Shown piece after piece: positions 30,033 through 39,350 of a DNA stretch of 64,000 nt. The stretch comes from Acidobacteriota bacterium (GTDB lineage Bacteria; Acidobacteriota; UBA6911; RPQK01; JAJDTT01): contig OZ242374.1 of the NCBI GenBank assembly GCA_965209055.1, positions 4,928,001 to 4,992,000 on the forward strand, given 5' to 3'. A program made the translations under genes and the position numbers. The notes beneath the pieces were generated by a model. The model saw only the letters and a list, made by a program, of their open reading frames with translations. It made no database searches and was not told where the DNA came from. How positions within the stretch are numbered: the first letter of the stretch is position 1; each line of letters starts with the position of its first letter.

Positions 30033-33000
30033 ATGGCGATGATCACACCCGAACGCGATCTTGAGGAGTCCCTTGTCACGAAGCTACGGGACCTCAAGTA
30101 CGAATATCGCCCCAACATCCGCGATCGAGCAACGCTTGAAGCAAACTTCAGGAAAAAGTTCGAAGCCCTGAATCGTGTCACACTCACCGACGGGGAGTTC
30201 CAGCGACTCCTCGATGAGATCGTCACACCCGATGTGTACGAAGCCGCACGCTCACTCAGGAACCGGGAAGCGTTCATCCGCGACGACGGCACGCCGCTCA
30301 ACTACACCCTCGTCAACATAAGGGACTGGTGCAAAAACCACTTCGAAGTCGTCAATCAGCTCCGCATCAATACGGACAACAGCCATCACCGCTACGACGT
30401 CATGCTCCTGATCAACGGCGTGCCCGTCGTTCAGATCGAACTAAAGACGCTTGGGATCAGCCCCCGGCGGGCGATGGAGCAGATCGTTGACTACAAGAAC
30501 GATCCCGGTAACGGATACACCAAGACGCTTCTCTGCTTCGTCCAACTCTTCATCGTCAGCAACCGCACCGACACGTGGTACTTCGCCAACAACAATGGGC
30601 GCCACTTCGCCTTCGACGCGGACGAGCGGTTCCTTCCGATCTACCAGTGCGCGGCCGAGGACAACACGAAGATCACCCACCTCGACGATTTCGCCGATCG
30701 ATTTCTCGCCAAGTGCACGCTTGGCCAGACGATCAGCAAGTACATGGTCCTCATCGCGAGTGAACAGAAGCTCCTGATGATGCGCCCGTACCAGATCTAC
30801 GCCGTCAAGGCCATCGTCGACTGCATCGACCAGAACTGTGGCAACGGATATATCTGGCACACGACCGGCTCGGGCAAGACGCTCACCTCCTTCAAGGCCG
30901 CGACACTCCTCAAGACCAACGACAGCATCCTGAAGTGCCTGTTCGTCGTCGATCGCAAGGACCTCGACCGCCAGACCCGCGAGGAGTTCAACCGGTTCCA
31001 GGAAAACTGCGTCGAGGAAAACACCAACACCGCAGCACTCGTCCGTCGCCTTCTGTCCGACGACTACGCGGACAAGGTCATCGTCACGACCATCCAAAAG
31101 CTCGGGCTCGCACTGGACGAGAACAGAAAGCACACCAAGCAGAGCATCGCTCGGGGGCGGTTAACGTTCAAGCAACGGCTCGAACAGCTTCGAGACAAAC
31201 GGATGGTCTTCATCTTCGACGAGTGCCACCGCTCGCAATTCGGCGAGAACCACAAGGCCATCAAAGAGTTCTTCCCGAACTCCCAGCTCTTTGGCTTCAC
31301 TGGAACGCCGATCTTTGAGGACAACGCGACCGTCACGCAGATCGAGGGAGATGTCGCCACCCTTCGAACCACCAAGGACCTCTTCCACAAAGAGCTCCAC
31401 GCCTACACCATCACACACGCGATCGAGGATCGGAACGTCCTCCGCTTCCACGTCGATTACTACAAGCCAAAGGACGCCTCCGCCCTCAAGCCGGATCAGA
31501 CCCTCACGAAGCAGGCGGTCGCCCAGGCCATCCTCGACAAGCACGATGCCGCGACCGGAAACCGACGCTTCAACGCGCTGCTGGCCACCGCCTCGATCAA
31601 CGACGCGATCGAGTACTACAGGGTCTTCAAGCAGCTTCAGGCCCAACGCTTGGCCAGCGAACCCGAGTTTGTCCCCCTCAAGGTCGCCGCCGTCTTCTCG
31701 CCGCCAGCGGAAGGAAACAAGGATGTCCAACAGATCCAGGAGGACCTCCCCCAGGAGAAAGAGGACAACCGGCATAACCCCGAGAGCAAGAAGACCGCGC
31801 TCAAGGCCATCATCGCCGACTACAACCAGCAGTACGGCACGAACCACGACATCACTAACTTCGACCTCTATTACCAGGACATCCAGCAGCGCATCAAGGA
31901 CCAGCAGTTCCCTAACCGCGACCTGCCCCGCAAGGGCCAGGAGAAGGTCGACATCACGATCGTCGTGGACATGCTCCTCACCGGCTTCGACGCCAAGTAT
32001 CTCAACACACTCTACGTCGAAAAGAACCTCAAGCACCACGGTCTGATCCAGGCCTTCTCCCGCACCAACCGCGTCCTCAACGCGACCAAGCCCTATGGCC
32101 ACATCCTCGACTTCCGCCAGCAGCAAGACAGCGTCGACGACGCCATCTCTCTCTTCTCCGGTGCGCAGGCTGACCGGGCCCACGAGGTCTGGCTAGTCGA
32201 CAAGGCTCCCGTCGCCATCGACAATTTCAGGAAGGCCGTCGCCGACCTCGGCGAGTTCATGCAGTCGCAGGGTCTCGAAGCCAAGCCCGATCAGGTGAAC
32301 AACCTGAGGGGCGACGATGCTCGGGCTCAGTTCATCAAGCGGTTTAGGGAGGTCCAGCGCCTCCAGACCCAGCTCGACCAGTACACCGACCTCACCGACG
32401 AGCAGCAGAAGCAGATCGAGCAAGCTCTCCCGAAGGACGATCTCCGGGCGTTCCGCGGCGTCTATCTCGAAACCGCCCGGCGCCTGAAGGACCAGCAGGG
32501 CACGCTCGGAAAGGACGGCGAGCCAGCCAACCCCGAGGTTGCCCAGCTCGACTTCGAGTTCGTCCTGTTCGCTTCCGCACTCATCGACTACGACTACATC
32601 ATGAAGCTGATCGCCAAGTACTCGGGCCAGGACCCGAAGAGGATCAGGATCAGTCGCGAGCAGCTCATCGGCCTTATCCAGTCCGACGCCAAGTTCCTCG
32701 ACGAGCGGGAAGAGATCACCGACTACGTCCGCTCACTCAAGGAGGGTGAGAGCCTTGACGAGACCGCAGTCCGCGCCGGCTACGAGCAGTTCAAGGCCGA
32801 GAAGCAGGCCAAGGAGATCGAAGGCCTCGCCCAGGTCCACGGTCTGACGACCGAGTCGCTCTCGGGCTTCGTCGACACCATCCTCCAGCGCATGATCTTC
32901 GACGGCGAGCAGCTCACCGACCTGATGGAGCCGCTCGGCCTGGGCTGGCGTGAACGTCGCGAGCGGGAACTCTCCCTCATGGACGACCTCGTCCCGTTCC

Positions 33001-33068
33001 TGAACAAGCGGGCCCACGACCGGGATATCTCGGGACTCAACGCCTACGAGCAGGGGGGCGCGCGATGA
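30033..33068 (+). CDS. hsdR: Type I restriction endonuclease subunit R
   Basis: Nuclease motif RYDVMLLINGVPVVQIELK; helicase motifs HTTGSGKT, DECHRS, FTGTP, DMLLTGFD and QAFSRTNR. Confidence 0.97.
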   Translation: MAMITPERDLEESLVTKLRDLKYEYRPNIRDRATLEANFRKKFEALNRVTLTDGEFQRLLDEIVTPDVYEAARSLRNREAFIRDDGTPLNYTLVNIRDWCKNHFEVVNQLRINTDNSHHRYDVMLLINGVPVVQIELKTLGISPRRAMEQIVDYKNDPGNGYTKTLLCFVQLFIVSNRTDTWYFANNNGRHFAFDADERFLPIYQCAAEDNTKITHLDDFADRFLAKCTLGQTISKYMVLIASEQKLLMMRPYQIYAVKAIVDCIDQNCGNGYIWHTTGSGKTLTSFKAATLLKTNDSILKCLFVVDRKDLDRQTREEFNRFQENCVEENTNTAALVRRLLSDDYADKVIVTTIQKLGLALDENRKHTKQSIARGRLTFKQRLEQLRDKRMVFIFDECHRSQFGENHKAIKEFFPNSQLFGFTGTPIFEDNATVTQIEGDVATLRTTKDLFHKELHAYTITHAIEDRNVLRFHVDYYKPKDASALKPDQTLTKQAVAQAILDKHDAATGNRRFNALLATASINDAIEYYRVFKQLQAQRLASEPEFVPLKVAAVFSPPAEGNKDVQQIQEDLPQEKEDNRHNPESKKTALKAIIADYNQQYGTNHDITNFDLYYQDIQQRIKDQQFPNRDLPRKGQEKVDITIVVDMLLTGFDAKYLNTLYVEKNLKHHGLIQAFSRTNRVLNATKPYGHILDFRQQQDSVDDAISLFSGAQADRAHEVWLVDKAPVAIDNFRKAVADLGEFMQSQGLEAKPDQVNNLRGDDARAQFIKRFREVQRLQTQLDQYTDLTDEQQKQIEQALPKDDLRAFRGVYLETARRLKDQQGTLGKDGEPANPEVAQLDFEFVLFASALIDYDYIMKLIAKYSGQDPKRIRISREQLIGLIQSDAKFLDEREEITDYVRSLKEGESLDETAVRAGYEQFKAEKQAKEIEGLAQVHGLTTESLSGFVDTILQRMIFDGEQLTDLMEPLGLGWRERRERELSLMDDLVPFLNKRAHDRDISGLNAYEQGGAR

Positions 33069-34402
33069 CAGCTGATAGGCCATCGCACCTTATGCCGAGA
33101 CTGCGGTTTCCCGATTTTAAAGACGACCCGTCCTGGTTGGCCCCGCAACTTGCTGAACTATATGACTTTAAGCGCACAAACACGTTGTCGAGAAACAAAC
33201 TCAACTACGTAACCGGGACAATCAGGAACATTCATTACGGCGACATTCACACCAAGTTCAAGCCTCTGTTCCGAGTGGTTGAAGAGGATGTGCCGTACAT
33301 AAATCCAGATGTATCGGCTAATGCAATCAATGATGACGCATTCTGTGAGGAAGGCGACATTGTGCTTGCTGACGCTTCAGAAGACCTCGACGACGTCGGT
33401 AAGGCAATCGAAATTGTTTCGCTAGGCGGAGAACGCCTCGTCGCTGGGACGCACACCATTCTCGCGACGCGGCGAGGAAGCGTTCCTGTCCTTGGATTTG
33501 GCGGCCAATTATTCCAATCTGCTTCTGTTCGCGCAGGGGTAAGAAAAGAAGCTCAAGGCGCGAAGGTCTACGGCATATCGGCGAAGCGCATTTCGGATGT
33601 TCCGATCCCAGTACCTCCGACGAAGGACGAGCAGCAGAAGATCGCCGACTGCCTCGGCTCGCTGGACGACCTGATCGCTGCGGAGGGCCGGAAGCTAGAA
33701 GCCCTGCGGCAGCACAAACAAGGGCTGTTGCAGCAGCTCTTCCCCGAGCCTGGCGAAACCCAGCCGCTTCTCCGATTCACAGAGTTTCGCGACGCCCCTG
33801 ACTGGGAGCAGACTGCGCTGGGCACGCGCTTGGATCGTCCACCCGAATACGGCGTAAATGCACCGGCGGTGCCGTTCTCCGAGGACCTGCCAGCATACAT
33901 CCGCATCACCGACATCGACGACAATGGTTGGTTTGTTCCGGCTCCACGTGTATCAGTCGATATCGAACCCAGCGAAGATCAGTTCCTTCATCCGGGAGAC
34001 ATCGTGCTTGCGCGGACCGGGGCCAGCGTTGGCAAATCATACCGCTATCGTGTGGAAGACGGGCGCCTGGTCTTTGCTGGCTTTCTGATTCGGGTGAGAC
34101 CTAACCTGGACCGGCTCGTTCCAGAGTTTCTATCCGCATACCTCTCGACCTGGAGCTACTGGGATTGGGTGCGTCTCACGTCTGAACGTAGCGGACAACC
34201 GGGAATCAATGGGAGCGAATACGCATCAATGCCGCTTACTATGCCGACCCACGCTGCCAGCGCGTCCGAACAGCGCAAGATTGGCGACTGTGTCGCCGTA
34301 CTTGACGAGGGCATTGCTGAACAACGGCAAAAGCTGCGGGCGTTGAAATGTCACAAGAACGGTATGTTGCAACAGTTGTTCCCTACTCCGAGGGCGATAT
34401 GA
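33065..34402 (+). CDS. hsdS: Type I restriction-modification specificity subunit S
   Basis: Two TRDs, each preceded by PRLRF/PLLRF and followed by EQQKIADCL..KQGLLQQLFP or EQRKIGDC..KNGMLQQLFP. Confidence 0.95.
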   Translation: MTADRPSHLMPRLRFPDFKDDPSWLAPQLAELYDFKRTNTLSRNKLNYVTGTIRNIHYGDIHTKFKPLFRVVEEDVPYINPDVSANAINDDAFCEEGDIVLADASEDLDDVGKAIEIVSLGGERLVAGTHTILATRRGSVPVLGFGGQLFQSASVRAGVRKEAQGAKVYGISAKRISDVPIPVPPTKDEQQKIADCLGSLDDLIAAEGRKLEALRQHKQGLLQQLFPEPGETQPLLRFTEFRDAPDWEQTALGTRLDRPPEYGVNAPAVPFSEDLPAYIRITDIDDNGWFVPAPRVSVDIEPSEDQFLHPGDIVLARTGASVGKSYRYRVEDGRLVFAGFLIRVRPNLDRLVPEFLSAYLSTWSYWDWVRLTSERSGQPGINGSEYASMPLTMPTHAASASEQRKIGDCVAVLDEGIAEQRQKLRALKCHKNGMLQQLFPTPRAI

Positions 34403-35484
34403 CGACCATCGAAGACATCGCCATCAGACTGCGCGACGGCGCTGCTAACGTTCAACTGCTCTACGCCTTCAACTCGGTGGGCAAGACGCGGCTGTCGGTC
34501 GCGTACAAAAACGCAACAAAAGACGCCGAAGGTAGGCACGCGGGCATCTACTACAACGCATACAGCGAGGATCTCTTCGTCTGGAACAATGACATCGAGA
34601 ACAGTGAGGCCAACATTCGACTCACCGTCCTCCCGAGCAGTCTCAGCAGGCTTCACGCCGATCTTAACGAACTCGACATCCACGCGAAGCTGAAACCTTA
34701 TAGACCGAGCTTCGACTTCCGCTTCGTCACGCACCGAGATGCGGAGAAGGGAATCGAGTCGATTTCATTTTTCCCCGCGGGTACGCAGCCCGGAGACGTT
34801 CCGGCGATGAAGATCTCCCGTGGCGAGGAGCGAGTGTTTGTCTGGTGCTTCTTTCTAGCGATGATGGAAGTGGAAGGTTGGGCGGATAGGCAGCCTCGCC
34901 ATATATTCATCGACGATCCGGTCTCAAGCCTCGACGACCACAATATCTTCGTGACCGCATCGACGCTGTACGACTTAATCAAGAAGCACTACGGCGACCG
35001 GAAGATCATCATTGCCACCCATCATGTCGGGATGTTCTCCATCCTGTGCGATTGGTTGAAGAAGGGCGAGAAGAGCGACAAGTACAAGCCGAAGACAAAG
35101 GCGAGCATTCTGAGCGTTAAACGCGGTGAGGTTTCGCTGGAGACCCACCGGAGCGACGTGTTCCTCTATCACCTCCGAGTCCTTCAGTTGCTGGATCAAG
35201 CTCGGCAAGAGAAGAATGTTCGTGCATACCACTTCGCCCTTCTCCGTCAGCTGCTAGAGAGCGTGTCGTCGTTCCTTGGTGTCGGTCGGATCAGCTATGC
35301 ATTCAAACGCATCGGCTTCGAGGATGCGGATGAGATCGCCCGCATCGTAAACACCCTCGCCCACAAGAATGTCTACTACTTCGAATCCGACCTCCTCGTA
35401 CCGGACAGCTTGGCGCTGTTTGAGGAGATTTATGCGAAGCTGAAGACGCGGTACGCGTTCGTCACCCATGCCAGCAAACCATGA
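34399..35484 (+). CDS. prrC: PrrC-type anticodon nuclease (ABC ATPase plus HEPN)
   Basis: YAFNSVGKTRLS Walker A, YYNAYSEDLF, KISRGEE PrrC box, FIDDPVSSLD Walker B, THH, and HEPN-like LRQLLE..RIVNTLAH. Translationally coupled within the hsd operon. Confidence 0.85.
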   Translation: MTTIEDIAIRLRDGAANVQLLYAFNSVGKTRLSVAYKNATKDAEGRHAGIYYNAYSEDLFVWNNDIENSEANIRLTVLPSSLSRLHADLNELDIHAKLKPYRPSFDFRFVTHRDAEKGIESISFFPAGTQPGDVPAMKISRGEERVFVWCFFLAMMEVEGWADRQPRHIFIDDPVSSLDDHNIFVTASTLYDLIKKHYGDRKIIIATHHVGMFSILCDWLKKGEKSDKYKPKTKASILSVKRGEVSLETHRSDVFLYHLRVLQLLDQARQEKNVRAYHFALLRQLLESVSSFLGVGRISYAFKRIGFEDADEIARIVNTLAHKNVYYFESDLLVPDSLALFEEIYAKLKTRYAFVTHASKP

Positions 35485-37109
35485 CAGAGGACAACCAGAA
35501 ACAGCTTGGCAAAACGCTCTGGTCCATCGCCGACCAGCTACGCGGGGCGATGAACGCAGACGACTTCCGCGACTACATGCTCGCGTTCCTATTCCTCCGC
35601 TACCTCTCGGACAACTACGAGCGGGCCGCGAAGAAGGAACTCGGGCGCGACTACCCCGACCCGAACGCCATCGCCAACGGCGGGCGGTCCTCCCTGTCTG
35701 ACTGGTACCAGCAGAACCCCGAAGACGTGTCGGCATTCGAGAAGCAGATGCGTCTCAAGGCGCACTATGTCATTCGCCCCGAGCACCTCTGGACTAGCAT
35801 CTTCCACATGGCCCGTACTCAGGAGAGCGATCTGCTCAACACCCTCCAGGCAGGCTTCAAATACATCGAGAACGAGTCATTCCAGAGCACGTTCTCGGGC
35901 CTGTTCTCGGAGATCAATCTCGGCTCCGACAAGCTTGGCAAGACCTACAGAGACCGGAACGCGAAGCTCTGCACGATCATCACCAGGATAGCCGAGGGCC
36001 TCTCGGAGTTCTCCACCGACAGCGACACCCTGGGCGACGCCTATGAGTACCTGATCGGGCAGTTCGCTGCTGGATCGGGCAAGAAGGCCGGGGAGTTCTA
36101 CACGCCGCAGCGGATCTCGGACATCCTCTCCGCGATCGTCGCGCTAGACGGCCAGGAGCCGAAGACCGGCAAGCGGAAACATCTCGCCAGCGTGATGGAC
36201 TTCGCCTGTGGCTCGGCCTCGCTGCTGCTCAATGTGCGCAAGCGCATGGGGCGGCACGGCATCGGCAAGATCTACGGACAGGAGAAGAACATCACCTCCT
36301 ACAACCTCGCGCGGATGAACATGCTGCTGCACGGGGTGAAGGACTCAGAGTTCGATATCTATCACGGTGACACGCTGACCAACGACTGGGACTTTCTCCG
36401 CGAGACGAACCCGGCCAAGAAGCCCCACTTCGACGCCGTGGTTGCCAACCCGCCGTTCAGCTACCGCTGGAACCCGAACGAGGCGTTAGTCGAGGACGTG
36501 CGCTTCAAAAACTACAGACTGGCCCCGAAGTCGGCGGCGGACTTCTCGTTCCTCCTGCACGGCTTTCACTACCTAAAGGATGATGGTGTGATGGCGATCA
36601 TCCTGCCGCACGGCGTGCTGTTCCGTGGCGGCGCGGAGGGGAAGATTCGCCGCAAGCTCCTTGACGACGGGCACATCGACACCGTCATCGGGCTGCCGGC
36701 GAATCTATTCTACTCGACCGGCATCCCGGTCTGCATCCTCGTCCTGAAGAAGTGCAAGAAGCCCGATGATGTCCTGTTCATCAACGCATCCGAGCATTTC
36801 GAGAAGGGCAAACGACAAAACTACTTGTCCGACGAGCATATCGAGAAGATCATCGACACCTACCAGCAGCGTCGGGAGCTCATCGAGCGGTACGCCAGAC
36901 GCGTGGGGATGGACGAGATTGAGGCCAACGACTACAACCTGAACATCTCGCGCTATGTCAGCACGGCCAAGCAGGAGGTCGCGATCAATCTGTCGGCCAC
37001 GCACAAGGAGTTGGTCGAAGTCGAGAATCTGATTCAGGAGACAACGGCGAAGCACAACACGTTTCTGAAGGAACTTGGGCTATCCCCATTGCCAGCGCCC
37101 AATAAGTAA
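35481..37109 (+). CDS. hsdM: Type I restriction-modification DNA methyltransferase subunit M
   Basis: LWSIADQLRG, GEFYTP, DFACGS, NPPF and ILPHGVLFRGG motifs. Confidence 0.97.
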   Translation: MTEDNQKQLGKTLWSIADQLRGAMNADDFRDYMLAFLFLRYLSDNYERAAKKELGRDYPDPNAIANGGRSSLSDWYQQNPEDVSAFEKQMRLKAHYVIRPEHLWTSIFHMARTQESDLLNTLQAGFKYIENESFQSTFSGLFSEINLGSDKLGKTYRDRNAKLCTIITRIAEGLSEFSTDSDTLGDAYEYLIGQFAAGSGKKAGEFYTPQRISDILSAIVALDGQEPKTGKRKHLASVMDFACGSASLLLNVRKRMGRHGIGKIYGQEKNITSYNLARMNMLLHGVKDSEFDIYHGDTLTNDWDFLRETNPAKKPHFDAVVANPPFSYRWNPNEALVEDVRFKNYRLAPKSAADFSFLLHGFHYLKDDGVMAIILPHGVLFRGGAEGKIRRKLLDDGHIDTVIGLPANLFYSTGIPVCILVLKKCKKPDDVLFINASEHFEKGKRQNYLSDEHIEKIIDTYQQRRELIERYARRVGMDEIEANDYNLNISRYVSTAKQEVAINLSATHKELVEVENLIQETTAKHNTFLKELGLSPLPAPNK

Positions 37110-38041
37110 TCGAAGCGATCCCTCCGGCTATGGCTGGCGCTGCATGCACGCGGCGCTGAGGGATCGAGGCTGGATCATGAAGCACATGAAGATCAAACGC
37201 CTGATGGCGACTGTACGAGCAGACCATCGAGCGGGCGGAGGCCGCTGAAGCGCGTGCGGAGGAGTTGAAGTGGACGGAGATGGCCGCCCACAGCGCGGAG
37301 GGTTCGTTAATGAGAACGGAAGATCACCGTTTACAGGGACATTTTGAGCGGCGTGGATTCGTCGAGTTTCAGACGTCTCGAGATTCCTCGGTGAAAACGC
37401 GGCAGCAATCAAAGGTCCACGATCGAAAGCTCGTGATGGAGGGAGACGATTATGGCGTGATGCTCGGCGGTCAATTTGTGTCGCTGACATGTGGTCGCCA
37501 TTCTTGGATTGAAATGCCCAAGCTCGTAATCTAGTACCCAACTTGGACTCCTGTCCGGTTCCTTCCTCATTGGATCGCCCGATTCAGGAACTTATTGGGC
37601 AAGACTTGGCCGTTCAGGTGCTGGATTGGCGATGATAGCTTCGCGCGAGCGTTCCAGGTGCACCATAGACGGCCTGCACCGCGCGCTCCCACTTCAAACA
37701 AGACCACCATTCCGATCGTAACGACGATATTTTCTTCTCCGGGACCGAATTCGGCCGAACTCTCCTGGACAACACTGGCCCTCTGAGCGCGTCTCTTTTT
37801 TCGGACTCTGACGAATTCGGTTCCAGAGGAGATTCCGGCGCCAACACCGAGCACTTTGGCCTCGATCACCGCATACAGTATCGGCTCGTGAACCGCGATC
37901 CGATCCGGGATTGTCCCCAGGCCTGGGAAGGGGATCCTATCCGGTGCGCCAGACCACGGCCGCCGATCCAGCCGGAACGAGAACCACAATTCTCCACTTC
38001 ATAGGACGATTCTTATACCTTCCCGTAGGGATATTTTGGAA

Positions 38042-38132
38042 GGGAGCGACCCCCCCAGGGGGTGTTGCGCAGATGTAAGTTGCGCCACACCCCCGCGCCC
38101 GCACCGGGCAGCAAAAAGGGGGGGTCGCTCCC
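38042..38132. repeat. Nested inverted repeat (15-bp outer stem, 14-bp inner stem)
   Basis: GGGAGCGACCCCCCC (38042-38056) and GGGGGGGTCGCTCCC (38118-38132) match perfectly; inner GGGGGTGTTGCGCA / TGCGCCACACCCCC match 13/14. Confidence 0.85.
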
Positions 38133-38311
38133 GTCCACCTCCGATTTCCCCGTGCGGGCGCGGCGAAGCCGGGAATGTGGCCGTAACGGCATGAGCGACA
38201 AAGAGTTCGGGGAAATCGCGTGTGTAAGTGAAATCGCTCCCCTGTTGTAAGTCGCCCCCGTTGTCTCACTTACACTCCCGGATCGACACCGGGAAGCCCT
38301 TTCACCTCCCC

Positions 38312-38563
38312 ATGAACACTGTCGGTCCGCAGGTGACGCAGCAGTCGCAGGCGCCGGAGGCGCTGGGCCTTTACCGGCGGCTGTTCCCGTGCCGCCACCA
38401 TGCCGGCCATGCCCAGGGACGGAGCCGTTACTTCCTCCGCAAGCTCCCCCTGGCCCTAGAGGAGGAGCAGGTCATCCGCCGCATCGGGCAGGCCGTCCGG
38501 ACCAACGACCGGGAGTGCCTCGCCCGCTACGGTGGCTTTGTGAAAGCCATGGACCACCGCTAG
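38312..38563 (+). CDS. Small hypothetical protein (83 aa)
   Basis: ATG-started ORF with GC3-rich codons (MNTVGPQ..LYRRLFP..RYFLRKLPLALEEEQVIRRIGQAVR) inside the hairpin module. No clear RBS. Confidence 0.45.
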   Translation: MNTVGPQVTQQSQAPEALGLYRRLFPCRHHAGHAQGRSRYFLRKLPLALEEEQVIRRIGQAVRTNDRECLARYGGFVKAMDHR

Positions 38564-38975
38564 GCGCTACCGGAGCGGGCCATCGCCCCCATCCCCCAAA
38601 ACCGCATCCGCATCGACCGGGGCCGGACCTGGCTCTCGGTCCGGATTCCAGCGGAACCGGGGGGAGGGTTGTGGAGCGCCTCTGGGGCCGCGCGCGCCCG
38701 GTCCCGGGTGGACACTGTGGACGTCGTGGAACCACGGGCTGCGAAGAGCACGGAAAGTCCCATTGAGGGCAGTGCGGCGGTCCGCTCCCGGGCCGTGTTC
38801 CACCTCCGGGGGGCCGGTCCGGCGAAGTCCCAGGATGTGAAACACACATGGGGGGGTGTGTTCCACTCTCGGAGCGGCGAGTTTCACAAGCCCCCTTTCC
38901 GCCATCCTGTTGAGCCCCTTCGGGTTGTCCCCGTCCTTCCGGAGGAGGCGCGCCCGGACGGGGAGTCCGGGGAGG

Positions 38976-39085
38976 AGAAGTGAGCGACCCCCCTGTTTTC
39001 GTGCCTCGCACGTCACGCAAGCGCTGCCCGTGTTCCACTCCGTTGGACACCGGCGCGGCATGCTCGGGGGGGGTCGCTCACTTCT
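38976..39085. repeat. 18-bp perfect inverted repeat homologous to the 38042 stem
   Basis: AGAAGTGAGCGACCCCCC (38976-38993) and GGGGGGTCGCTCACTTCT (39068-39085). Confidence 0.85.
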
Positions 39086-39350
39086 TCATTGATCCCTGCG
39101 GGAAGGCCTCTGCGAAGATGGGGAAAGGAGAATTCCAGTCTGTCGTGAGAGAATGCCCCGCATGGGAGAGGACAACGTCCAACGGCCTATCCCGAACCCT
39201 TGGCCCGGTCTCACCAAGCCAACACAGGCGAAATGGCGGGCTTGTTTTTTCGGGAATTCTCGAAGACTGCGCCTGAGTGAGTTTCAGGCGGCGAATCGGC
39301 GGGCTATGGCTTCGCGCAGGCCTTCAATCTGCCGCTCTACGCACGGCGGA

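Noticed and set aside
37128-38010. ORFs 37128..37541, 37265..37534 and 37567..37989
   Set aside because: No recognisable motifs or convincing starts. Probably degraded cargo, so they are not called as genes.
38700-39045. parS sites
   Set aside because: Only isolated half-sites (TGTTCCAC, GTGAAACA) occur, never the contiguous 16-bp palindrome.
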